A stretch of 60,187 bases of DNA, taken from NCBI GenBank assembly GCA_964420375.1, contig CAYQTK010000001.1, forward strand, positions 1 to 60,187, given 5' to 3'. Every line of letters begins with the position of its first letter. Positions within the stretch are counted from its first letter, which is position 1. Below are positions 15,763 to 24,883 of the stretch, piece after piece. Position numbers and translations under genes: made by a program. The notes beneath the pieces are model-generated. The model was not told the DNA's origin, searched no databases, and saw only the letters and a program-made list of their open reading frames with translations. Source of the stretch: an uncultured bacterium (lineage in GTDB: Bacteria; RBG-13-61-14; DATKZS01).

Positions 15763-15862
15763 AACCGGACTCCCTTGTTTGTCCGTTTCCGGAACTTCGC
15801 AATAAGCGCCCGCCACCCCGGCCCGGAAGGCAAAATGCAGAGGAAAACACCCACCTCATGTA

Positions 15863-17698
15863 TCAGGTAAAGCTTTTTTCATCTATGTCCAGTGCCGCGG
15901 TTTCGTCCGACTTTAGTATCTCGAGCTTGCCGGAAATCTTGGGAAGCTCCATGCCGATGAAGAAGCGGGCGGACTGGACCTTTCCGTCCAGGAAAGCTGC
16001 TTCGTCATTGTCGGCGATGACCTCGCTCTTGTCCTTGCCCCCGAGCAGCTCGGAAAGCTTTTCCTCCGCCGCCGTCGCCTGCCACAGAAGCATCCACCCG
16101 CAGAGCACGTCGCCCATGGCTTCAAGCAGGGGATACGCTTTCAAAAAGCCCAGCAAGTACTTCTCGCTTCCCGCTTCGCCTCCCACGTGCCGCACCGCGG
16201 CTACGAAGTCGTTTCTGGCCTTTTCGAGCTTCTCTGCATAGGGTTTCAAGAGCTCGCTCTTCTTGGCTTTTTCAATGGAAGGATCGATCTGCTGTATGAG
16301 TCCTTCAAAGACCTTGCCCTTTGCCATGGGGAGCTTTCTTCCCAACAGGTCCATGGCCTGTATTCCCGATGTCCCCTCATAGATGGAGGTTATCTTTACG
16401 TCCCGGACGCACTGCTCGACCCGGTACTCGGAGCAATAGCCGTATCCCCCCATTACCTGGACGGCGTACTCGGTGATGCGGAAGGCCATGTCCGACCCGT
16501 AGGCTTTTACAATGGGCGTGAGCAGCTCGACCATGCCCTGCCAGAACTTCTGCTCGTCTCCCTCGACCACCTGCGCCCTGTCGAGGCACATGCCGGTGTA
16601 GTAGTTGATCGCCCGGAGTCCTTCGGTCATGGATTTCATCCACATGAGCATGCGGCGGACATCGGGGTGCTGGATGATGGGAACCGCGGGCGCCTCCGGG
16701 TTTTTGCCCTGGCTCAAATGCCTTCCCTGGAGCCTCTCCCGGGCATAGGCCTGGCAGAGCTGGTAGGCGCTCGAGGCTATGCCCATGGCCTGGGCAGCCA
16801 CTAAAAGCCGCTCCTCGTTCATCATGATGAACATGATCTTGAGTCCCTCGCGGGCGTTGCCCAAAAGCTCGCCCACGCAGTTGCCCTCGTCTCCGAACGC
16901 CAACTGGCAGGTGGCCGAGCCTTTAAGTCCCATCTTGTGCTCGATGCCCAGGCATTTCACATCGTTGTTCTCGCCCGCGGACCCGTCTTCCTTGACCTTG
17001 TTCTTGGGAACGATGAAAAGCGATATTCCCTTGGGACCGGGCGGGTCTCCCTCGATGCGCGCGAGCAGAGGATGGACGATGTTCTCGCGGAGGTCGTTTT
17101 CCCCTGCGGTGATGAATATCTTCTGTCCCTCGATCTTGTAAGTCCCGTCGTCAAGAGGAGTGGCCTTGGTCTTCATGATGCCCAGGTCGGAGCCTGCGCC
17201 CGGCTCGGTAAGGCACATGGTCCCGGACCACTCTCCGGACCAGAGCTTGGAGAGGTACTTGTTCTTCTGCTCCTCGGTCCCGTAGCTGTGGATCAGGTTG
17301 CCCGAGCCGTGGGTCAGGTCGGGATAGTTTGCAAACGCGCTGTTCGATCCGTGGAAGCACTCGTGGCAGGCAGTCCCCAGCGAGTGAGGAAGCCCCTGTC
17401 CGCCCCAGGCCGGGTCGTCGGTTGCAGTGAGCCAGCCGCCGTCGATGTACTGCTGATAGGCGTCGGTAAATCCCTCGGGAGTGCTTACCTTGCCGTCATC
17501 CCACCGGCAGCCCTCTTCGTCCGCGGTCTGGTTCAAGTCCCACAGCACGTTCTCCGCGAACTTCTCCGCCTCGGAGAGCACCATGTCATAGGTCTCCCGG
17601 TCGAAGTCGCTGAACTTCTCGTGTTCGCTTAAATCCTGGATTTTGAGCTGATCAAAAAGGACAAACCTCCTGTCGCGGTAATCACCAAGCTTGGCCAT
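15863..17698 (-). CDS. Long-form acyl-CoA dehydrogenase (about 610 aa, with C-terminal extension domain)
   Basis: ACAD N/M/C domain pattern (GSDLG, YEGTSGIQAMDL) plus a C-terminal helical extension of about 150 aa. Confidence 0.88.
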   Translation of the reverse strand: MAKLGDYRDRRFVLFDQLKIQDLSEHEKFSDFDRETYDMVLSEAEKFAENVLWDLNQTADEEGCRWDDGKVSTPEGFTDAYQQYIDGGWLTATDDPAWGGQGLPHSLGTACHECFHGSNSAFANYPDLTHGSGNLIHSYGTEEQKNKYLSKLWSGEWSGTMCLTEPGAGSDLGIMKTKATPLDDGTYKIEGQKIFITAGENDLRENIVHPLLARIEGDPPGPKGISLFIVPKNKVKEDGSAGENNDVKCLGIEHKMGLKGSATCQLAFGDEGNCVGELLGNAREGLKIMFIMMNEERLLVAAQAMGIASSAYQLCQAYARERLQGRHLSQGKNPEAPAVPIIQHPDVRRMLMWMKSMTEGLRAINYYTGMCLDRAQVVEGDEQKFWQGMVELLTPIVKAYGSDMAFRITEYAVQVMGGYGYCSEYRVEQCVRDVKITSIYEGTSGIQAMDLLGRKLPMAKGKVFEGLIQQIDPSIEKAKKSELLKPYAEKLEKARNDFVAAVRHVGGEAGSEKYLLGFLKAYPLLEAMGDVLCGWMLLWQATAAEEKLSELLGGKDKSEVIADNDEAAFLDGKVQSARFFIGMELPKISGKLEILKSDETAALDIDEKSFT

Positions 17699-17806
17699 TC
17701 TTTACTCCTTTCGCCATGTAATTGCGTGGCCACAAACCACAACTGAATTCTAACACAATCCTCCTGCATTCCATAGGAGGAGACAGGCAAGCTTTTTTCG
17801 TTAAGT

Positions 17807-18799
17807 CTATCTCCAGGTGGTCCGGGGGCGCTGGCGGGGAACGGCGTTGTCTATTTCTCCCTTGGGCCATCCCACTGCTATGCTGGTTGCGATGCGCAGC
17901 GGCCAGTGAGCGCCGAGCTCGTCCATGATCCGCTTGTCGGGCATGGTGTTCAACGCGGTTATAAACCCCACGTAGCAGGTGCCCAGTCCCAGGCTGTGGG
18001 CGGCGAGCACCATGTTCTGGGCGCATATGCCGGCATCGAGCGCGGGCTGGCCTATGCCGCGCTTGTCGGAGAGGACAACGATCACCGCGGGAGCGCCAAA
18101 GTAGATGTTGTCGCGCAACACCGCGGTGTCCATGCCCGACATCACCCGCACGTCCATGTCGCCCGGCCGCCAGAAGCTCAAGAGGTTCCACAGCCAGCGG
18201 GCGGCGCGGCTTCCCGGCTTGAAGTAGTTCTCGCTCATGCGACGCAGCCCCTTCAGGCTGGCGACCTCGATGCGCCGGATAAGGTCACGGTCGCGAATGG
18301 CAACGAACTCCCATGACTGGCAGTTGCCACCGGTGGGAGCGTAACGGCCGGCCTCCATGACCCGGTGCAGAAGCTCATCGGGGACCTCCTGCTTCTTGAA
18401 AAGACGGTTGCTGCGCCTTTTATAGATCACCTTCTCCGTCTCGGTAAGCCGGTCCTCGATGTCCTCGAACCGGGGAGGCTCTTCGGAGCGGAACGGGTTG
18501 GGAAACTCGACCTTGCCCTGGTGAAGAGACTTGTACCTGCCCGCATGGACAACGTACCCGCCCTGCACGGAGACAGCGTCTTCCGGGCAGACCGCTTCAC
18601 AGTTGCGGCAGCCCAGGCAGGCGACCTCCAGGCCCTTGTACCCCTCGATGTGGGGAGGACCTTCATCAGGCATCACCAGGATGTGGGTGGGACAGGTGCG
18701 GACGCATCTGCCGCAGCGGTTACACTTGTCCGGGTCCACTTGGAAACGCGGGAAATCCACGGGCGGGTAATGTGCCTTGCCCATGTATTCAAGCTTCAT
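17807..18799 (-). CDS. 2x[4Fe-4S] ferredoxin-nitroreductase fusion protein
   Basis: CNRCGRCVRTCP and CLGCRNCEAVCP clusters are followed by a nitroreductase fold (RRSNR..., PTGGNCQSWEF). Confidence 0.85.
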   Translation of the reverse strand: MKLEYMGKAHYPPVDFPRFQVDPDKCNRCGRCVRTCPTHILVMPDEGPPHIEGYKGLEVACLGCRNCEAVCPEDAVSVQGGYVVHAGRYKSLHQGKVEFPNPFRSEEPPRFEDIEDRLTETEKVIYKRRSNRLFKKQEVPDELLHRVMEAGRYAPTGGNCQSWEFVAIRDRDLIRRIEVASLKGLRRMSENYFKPGSRAARWLWNLLSFWRPGDMDVRVMSGMDTAVLRDNIYFGAPAVIVVLSDKRGIGQPALDAGICAQNMVLAAHSLGLGTCYVGFITALNTMPDKRIMDELGAHWPLRIATSIAVGWPKGEIDNAVPRQRPRTTWR

Positions 18800-19038
18800 G
18801 GCTGCCCCCTTTATACTGTTGCAAGCTCCACCGCCTTTTCAAGAGTCCGACTGGAGGAAGTATATCTTAAATGCCCGCGGCCTTCAAAACTCCGCTGTCC
18901 CCCGGATTGCCTCCGGTCGAGTTATGCGAACCAGCCGACAGGGGCTTTACAAGTCCGTTCTAAAGCGGTAGAAATAACATGGCCGGTGATGATCGCCGGG
19001 AAAGATATTTACGGCCTTTTTACAGGAAGGATGGGTCC

Positions 19039-21177
19039 ATGTTTTACAGTGCCGGGCGCAGGGTCACGGTTTTTTTGCTGGTTCTTTTCATGGCGGGAGG
19101 ATTTGTTCCGCTTTCGGGGAAACGGCAGGTAAGCACTCCTCTTGATTACGAGGGCTACGGGGAGGCCCGCTTCGATGAGGTCGAAAAGATTTCCGAGTAC
19201 GTAACCATGTCGGACGGTGTCAATCTCGCCGCGGACATCTACCTGCCGTCGGGAGGTCCGGACCACGGCCCGTTTCCGGTCATCATGGAGTACACCCCCT
19301 ACACCCGTGCTTACATAGATATAAAGGACAACCCCATGAGGCGTCTCCTGCGCAAGTTCGCGGTGGGAAGCGCTGACCCGGTGATTGACGTCAGGGACGC
19401 TCCCGGCGGGTTCAACCCGGTGAAGATGCTCATCTCCCGCGGCTATGTTTTCGTGCGGGCCGACATGCGCGGTTCGGGAGCTTCTTTCGGCTGGAAGGCC
19501 GACTTCATGCCTCGGCTTGCTGAGGACGGCGGCGAGCTTGTAAACTGGATCGCAGAGCAAGAGTGGTGCGACGGCAACGTTGGCATGATAGGCGGGTCCT
19601 ATACCGGCTACTCGCAGATAGTGACTGCAGGCAAAGCAGGACCGGCTTTGAAAGCCATCGCTCCCATGATGGTCCCCTTGGACGGCTACAACGGCGAGGT
19701 CTACCCCGGCGGGGTCTACCTGCACGGGTTCATGACCGAGTACTCCGAAGGGCTTACCCGGCTGAACCTGAACTACTATCGGATGGACATACTGAAGATA
19801 TTGGCGGGGAAAGGCGACATGAGCCTTCCCGCGGCCCCGGTGGTTGACGAAGACGGCGACGGCGAACTCCACGACGAGATACCGTTGGACCTGAACAGAA
19901 ACGGCACGTTTCTCGACGACTACCTCTATCCCGCGGACCCCGGTGATGAGCCGCGCTACAAGGACGGCGAGAAGCGGGAGCACATCTATTACATGGCCAA
20001 CAACGACCATCGCCAGAACCTGGACTATCATAGCTGGGCCAGGTCCATGTACTACCTGGACGCCACGCCTCCCAAGCCCCTGGACAACCGGTCGGTGTAC
20101 GAGTTCTGCCCCAGCGCGCACGTGCCCGCGATCATGGAAAAGGACATTGCGGTATACAACGTGGGCGGCTGGTTCGACACGTTCGTGCGGGGGACCGCCG
20201 AGTATTACGCCACCATGAAAGAGACCAATCCCTCGAAGATGATCATTGTTCCCGGCTTCCACGGCGGCGGAGGCCCCTACTGGAAGTACCTCGGCGAGGA
20301 CGCGAACACCTTGAAGGAGAAAGGCCCGCAGGAGCTTTTGCGCTTTTTCGACCATTACCTCAAGGGCATTGAGAACGGGATCGACAAGGAGCCGCCGGTT
20401 TACATCTACGTGATGCACGGCGAAGGTTTCCGCTTCGAGGAGGAATGGCCGCTCGAGCGCCGGGTGATGACGGACTTTTACTTTGGCGATGATCACACGC
20501 TTTTGCGCGGGCAAGGCGCCTCCGGCGGGGACAGGTACGTGGCCGACTTCACGCATGACGCGCGGTTCGGCAAGAACCAGGGCAACCGCTGGCTGGCCAC
20601 CATGGGCCGGGCCCCGGAATCTCTGCCGGTGCGCACCCAAATGGACAAGAAGTGCCTGGTGTATGAGAGCGCCCCTCTCTCGGAGGACACCGAGGTCACC
20701 GGCCATCCTATAGTCGAGCTGTACGTATCCAGCTCCGCCGACCACGGCGATTTTTTCGTGTACCTGGAAGACGTAGACGAGAACGGCCGGGCGGTGCTGG
20801 TGACCGAGGGAGTTTTACGGGCGGGCTTTGCTTCCCTGGTTGACAACGACGAGGCCATCATGGGCGGCGGCTCGGGTGTGGACGTTCTTCCCGATCTTCC
20901 CTGGCACGGGTATGAAAAGTCGGATTACGAAGACCGCATTTTTGCCGGCGGCCGAGTGGCGGGTCTCGAGTTCGACCTTAAGCCGACCTCGTGGGTTTTC
21001 CAAAAGGGCCACCGCATCCGGGTGTCGATCGCGTGCGCGGACTGGCCGACCTTCCGGCTTCATCCAAGACTCGCGCCCGGCAACCGGCCGGACAACCCGG
21101 CCAATATTGTGCCGGTGATCACCATGCACCGCGGCAATGACCGCCCCTCCCGCATTACCTTGCCGGTGATTCCGTAG
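19039..21177 (+). CDS. Secreted CocE/NonD-family (S15 X-Pro dipeptidyl-peptidase-like) hydrolase
   Basis: EYTPYTR, RGYVFVRADMRGSGAS, the GGSYTG nucleophile elbow and a C-terminal jelly-roll. Start ATG 19039 (AGGAAGGA RBS) gives a signal peptide, MFYSAGRRVTVFLLVLFMAG. Confidence 0.85.
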   Translation: MFYSAGRRVTVFLLVLFMAGGFVPLSGKRQVSTPLDYEGYGEARFDEVEKISEYVTMSDGVNLAADIYLPSGGPDHGPFPVIMEYTPYTRAYIDIKDNPMRRLLRKFAVGSADPVIDVRDAPGGFNPVKMLISRGYVFVRADMRGSGASFGWKADFMPRLAEDGGELVNWIAEQEWCDGNVGMIGGSYTGYSQIVTAGKAGPALKAIAPMMVPLDGYNGEVYPGGVYLHGFMTEYSEGLTRLNLNYYRMDILKILAGKGDMSLPAAPVVDEDGDGELHDEIPLDLNRNGTFLDDYLYPADPGDEPRYKDGEKREHIYYMANNDHRQNLDYHSWARSMYYLDATPPKPLDNRSVYEFCPSAHVPAIMEKDIAVYNVGGWFDTFVRGTAEYYATMKETNPSKMIIVPGFHGGGGPYWKYLGEDANTLKEKGPQELLRFFDHYLKGIENGIDKEPPVYIYVMHGEGFRFEEEWPLERRVMTDFYFGDDHTLLRGQGASGGDRYVADFTHDARFGKNQGNRWLATMGRAPESLPVRTQMDKKCLVYESAPLSEDTEVTGHPIVELYVSSSADHGDFFVYLEDVDENGRAVLVTEGVLRAGFASLVDNDEAIMGGGSGVDVLPDLPWHGYEKSDYEDRIFAGGRVAGLEFDLKPTSWVFQKGHRIRVSIACADWPTFRLHPRLAPGNRPDNPANIVPVITMHRGNDRPSRITLPVIP

Positions 21178-21193
21178 ATGCAAGCGGAAGGCG

Positions 21194-24055
21194 CTAATCC
21201 AGTGAGCCGTGCTTTCTGAGCATGGCCTCTGTTTCCGGGTGTCCGTGTATGCAGGCAAGGTAGAGGGGGGTCAGTCCTTTCCGGTTTTGAATGTTAATGA
21301 CCGCGCCCGCATTAAGGAGCATCTTGACGATTTCTTTTTGGCCTTCGCGGGCGGACACGTGGAGCGGAGTATTGTGGTCCGCGGATTGCACGTCCGGCTT
21401 TGCGCCGTTTTTTAAAAGCAGCCGGGCCACCTCGCTGTTTTCCCATACCGGTGCCATGTGGAGAGGGGTCCGGCGGTCCTCGTCGCGGTGGTTTACGTAA
21501 GCGCCCGCCTCGATAAGAGACCCGGCCGCCTCCACCTTGTCGGAGCCTACTACAGCAATATCAAGGGGGGTCTTGTGCTGAAGGCCCTCGGCAACAGCCT
21601 CTACGTCTGCGCCCGCCCGGACAAGAAGCTCGACAGCCGCGGCATGGTTACCATAAGCGGCGCGGTGAAGCGGAGTGATACCTTCGGAAGTAGCCGCATT
21701 CCCGTCCGCTCCCTTTTCAATTAAAAATTCCATAAGCGAGACATGGCCCTCCTGCGCCGCCAGGTGGAGGGCGGTTATCCCCCGCTCCGACTTCCGGCCA
21801 ACCTCAATGCCCGCTTCTAAAAGGTATTGCACCGCATCTTTCCGCCCGTTAAAAGCGGCCACATGCAAGGCGGTGCCGTGGCTGACGTCCTCCATCATGG
21901 ATCGTAAAACCCGGCCCTCATCCGCTTTGCCTTCCTTTTCCGGGTCCGAGCCTTTCTCAACAAGGTAAGCCAGGTTCGCCGTATTGCCGAACATGGCTGC
22001 CCAGTGAACTGCAGTAAAGCCTTTGGGGTCTTCTTTTTTCAAAAGGCCGCGGTCTTCCATGATCATTTTCCCGAGTTCGGCCGTGCTTCCCATGGCTGCG
22101 GTAACAAACACGTCCCGTTCAGCACCGGCCTCGTACAAAAGCCGACAGACCGGCAAATGTCCCTTCCACGCCGCATGTTGGAAGACGGACACGTGATCGC
22201 CGTTTTTGGCGTCAACGTCCGAGCCATGGCTGATAAGCATTTTGACCATGTCCTCGTGCCCGTTCGCTGCAGCAAGGTGGAGGGGGGTTATGCCTTCGAT
22301 GTTCCGTTCCCGGAGCTTGGCCAGCAGGTACTCCATGGTTTGGTAGGACCCCGTATCAGTGTAGTTGAGGTGTATCCACGGGACCGGCGAGCTTGCCTTT
22401 GCGCCGGTTTTTGCACCGTTCCGGAGAAGTGTTTTTGCGGTCGCGGTGTTTCCTTGCTGGGCTGCCGCGTGCAGGGGGGTGACATTGTTTTCAGTGGACA
22501 CGCCTGCATCTGCGTCTTTTTTGAGGAGGAGCTTAAGTGTTTTGACGTCGCCGTTATAAGCTGCAAGGTGTAGTGGCGCAATGCCGGCACTGGCTTTGAC
22601 TTCGGGGGAGGCGCCTTGTTCGAGCAGTAAGGCGGCAGCTTCATGCCTGTTGTTGGCAACTGCAACGTGAAGGGGAGTTAGCCCGCGGTCCGCGGTTTGG
22701 CCCGCACTGCCTCCCCCGTCAAGCAGGACCCGCAAGCATTCCAGGTGATCAAGGGCAGCGGCAACGTGTATAGGCGCCCGGCCGCTGCCGTCGGTGGCTG
22801 CCGGGTCTGCGCCTTTTGTGAGAAGCAGCGAAACCGCCTTCGGCCGGCCTCCCGTGCAGGCGAAGTGGAGAGGCGTACCTGGCAAAGAGCCCTTTTCATC
22901 CGCCTCGCGAGCGTCGCCTGCGTCAATATTGGCGCCTTTTTCAATAAGCAGGCGCAGAGCCTTCACCCGGCCCTGCCGGGCTGCAAGGTGGAGCGGGACC
23001 ACTCCGTCACTGCGGGATGCGTTTATCAAAGCGCCTTTCTCTATAAGAAGATTAATTACGTCCTCGGAACCCGTTTGCGCGGCAAGGTGCAGCCCGGCCT
23101 GGCCGATGCCGTTAGCATGGCCCGGGTCTGCGCCCGCGGCAATGAGCGCCCCTGCTGCGGATGCATTGCCCTCGTACGAGGCGTGCAAAAGCAGGGAACC
23201 CAAAAGCGCATCTCTTTGTTTGAGGGCCTTTGACTTTTCCAGGAGAAGGTCAAGAATGTTCACGCAATCGTCGGCAACTGCGTAATTATAAGCGCTCCAG
23301 TCACGCCGGTCGGGAAGAAGCGGAGTTGCGCCGGTCTCCAGGAGCTTGTTGGCGTTTTTTAGATGGCATCCCTTGCAGACGGCATGGAGCGGTCTTGCGC
23401 CTTTTTTGCCTGCATAGTCGGGATCGGCGCCGAGATCGAGAAGAGCAGCCAATAGCGGTGCATTGCCCGTCCCGGCACAGAAAAGGAGAAGCTTGTTCAT
23501 GATCTCGTCTTGCTTGTCAGGGGCAACATTGTCCAGCATCAGCTTGACGAGCGGTATGTGGCCTGCTGCCGCGGCCTTTCTGAAGGGGGTCTCGCCTTTC
23601 GAGTCTCTAAGTACTGGAGAAGCTCCTTTATCGAGGAGGCACTTTGCCGACTCACGGTGACCGTTGCCCGCAGCCTCGTGAAGAGGGGTCGAACCTTGGG
23701 AGTCCTTCGTATCCACCGGCGCGCCGTTTTTAATAAGCCGGCATACCAGGTCCTCCAAGCCCATACTGCTTGCCAGGTGGAGCGCTGTCCTGCCTTCCGG
23801 ACCCTTGACTCCCACATCAGCGCCTCGCTCGAGAAATAACAATGCCGTTTGCTTCCGGCCGCGAAGCAAGGCGTGATGAAGGGGAGGTCTCCCCTCGGCA
23901 GACCGCGCATTAATCATGTCCGGTTTCTTGTCCAGCATATGCTCGATCTCCGGAATATCGCCTGCTTCGATGGCCTGGTGGAGGTCCTCCGGTGTAGGAC
24001 TCAAGCAGGACATGGTACCCGCGATCATGAAAAGAACACAAAATTTAAACTTCAT
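21194..24055 (-). CDS. Secreted ankyrin-repeat protein (953 aa, on the order of 25 ANK repeats)
   Basis: N-terminal signal sequence MKFKFCVLFMIAGTMSC. The motif TPLH.AA..G....V..LL..GA recurs at a 33-residue period through nearly the whole protein. Confidence 0.9.
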   Translation of the reverse strand: MKFKFCVLFMIAGTMSCLSPTPEDLHQAIEAGDIPEIEHMLDKKPDMINARSAEGRPPLHHALLRGRKQTALLFLERGADVGVKGPEGRTALHLASSMGLEDLVCRLIKNGAPVDTKDSQGSTPLHEAAGNGHRESAKCLLDKGASPVLRDSKGETPFRKAAAAGHIPLVKLMLDNVAPDKQDEIMNKLLLFCAGTGNAPLLAALLDLGADPDYAGKKGARPLHAVCKGCHLKNANKLLETGATPLLPDRRDWSAYNYAVADDCVNILDLLLEKSKALKQRDALLGSLLLHASYEGNASAAGALIAAGADPGHANGIGQAGLHLAAQTGSEDVINLLIEKGALINASRSDGVVPLHLAARQGRVKALRLLIEKGANIDAGDAREADEKGSLPGTPLHFACTGGRPKAVSLLLTKGADPAATDGSGRAPIHVAAALDHLECLRVLLDGGGSAGQTADRGLTPLHVAVANNRHEAAALLLEQGASPEVKASAGIAPLHLAAYNGDVKTLKLLLKKDADAGVSTENNVTPLHAAAQQGNTATAKTLLRNGAKTGAKASSPVPWIHLNYTDTGSYQTMEYLLAKLRERNIEGITPLHLAAANGHEDMVKMLISHGSDVDAKNGDHVSVFQHAAWKGHLPVCRLLYEAGAERDVFVTAAMGSTAELGKMIMEDRGLLKKEDPKGFTAVHWAAMFGNTANLAYLVEKGSDPEKEGKADEGRVLRSMMEDVSHGTALHVAAFNGRKDAVQYLLEAGIEVGRKSERGITALHLAAQEGHVSLMEFLIEKGADGNAATSEGITPLHRAAYGNHAAAVELLVRAGADVEAVAEGLQHKTPLDIAVVGSDKVEAAGSLIEAGAYVNHRDEDRRTPLHMAPVWENSEVARLLLKNGAKPDVQSADHNTPLHVSAREGQKEIVKMLLNAGAVINIQNRKGLTPLYLACIHGHPETEAMLRKHGSLD

Positions 24056-24287
24056 ATATAACTCCCGGAAGGCTGTGCGGAGGGCCCTCGTTAGCGAAAA
24101 ACATGCCGCAAAACGGTTTGAACCCCTGCTTGATTAATAAGCTCGATTAGATTTTTAAATTAACAACTGTTCATTTGGCTGTCAAAAACAGAAGAGGCAA
24201 GCGGCAGCACTCCATAAGTCCATGCAAAAGTAATCTACTATACATTGCGACTTGAACAAGTGCTTATACTAATAAGAAACGCTCTTT

Positions 24288-24324
24288 TCGCGGTTTCCGA
24301 AGCTCGCACGTACTACATTATGCT
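24288..24324 (-). repeat. REP-like family A repeat, single inverted copy
   Basis: The reverse complement reads GCATAATGTAGTACGTGCGAGCTTCGGAAACCGCGA. Compare GCATAATGTGCGAGCGACTGCTACCGCGA at 32282-32310. Confidence 0.6.
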
Positions 24325-24355
24325 TTATGCAAAACCGGAAAGGAACTCGAATCAA

Positions 24356-24725
24356 ATGTCAAAACCCGACGGTCCCGTCAGTATCGCGCTCTTGGGAGCG
24401 GGCGACCGGGGGGAGTTGAACCTGGGCACGCTTTTAAAGGAGCGTCCGATCTCTTGAGGTTCGCCGCAGTGGCGGACCCGCACGACGGGCGGCGCGAGCG
24501 GCTCGTAAAAGAGTACGGTATTCCCCGCGAAAACGCTTTCCGGGACTGGCGCGAGCTTCTGGAAAGACCGCAGCTTGCTGACGCCGTTATCAACGCTCTC
24601 TTCTGCCGCCTGCATTTCGACTCCGGCATGGCCGTTTTGCCGCGGAAAAGGCCCGCAATGAAAACAAGGTCGTTGCCATGGCGGAGTTGAGAACGCATGC
24701 GAAAGAAGAGGCGGAGATGATATAA
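24356..24725 (+). pseudogene. Decayed Gfo/Idh/MocA-family oxidoreductase remnant (frameshifted and truncated)
   Basis: MSKPDGPVSIALLGAGDRG... (Rossmann N-terminus) stops at TGA 24455. It continues in another frame as RFAAVADPHDGRRERLVKEYGIPRENAFRDWRELLERPQLADAVINA. A further shift follows and the sequence ends near 24725. Only about 120 codons remain of a family that is normally over 300. Confidence 0.65.
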
Positions 24726-24883
24726 TCTGAAAACCGGTAGAATCGGTGCCAACCCGTCGCTGTCCGTGTTTTTAAATTACAGGGAACGGCAATGACCTGG
24801 TTTGGATGCGATTTTTAATCTCTCCGTAAAATCATGTACAATTTACTTCAGGCATAAGACCCGTTTTAACTTGGGAGGACAAG

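Noticed and set aside
17738-17806. Hairpin TCCTCCT-N9-AGGAGGA with a nearby T-run as terminator of the nitroreductase-ferredoxin gene
   Set aside because: In the minus-strand (gene) orientation the T-run precedes rather than follows the stem. In the plus orientation the T-run is 12 nt away and there is no plus-strand gene to terminate. The evidence is too weak to call.
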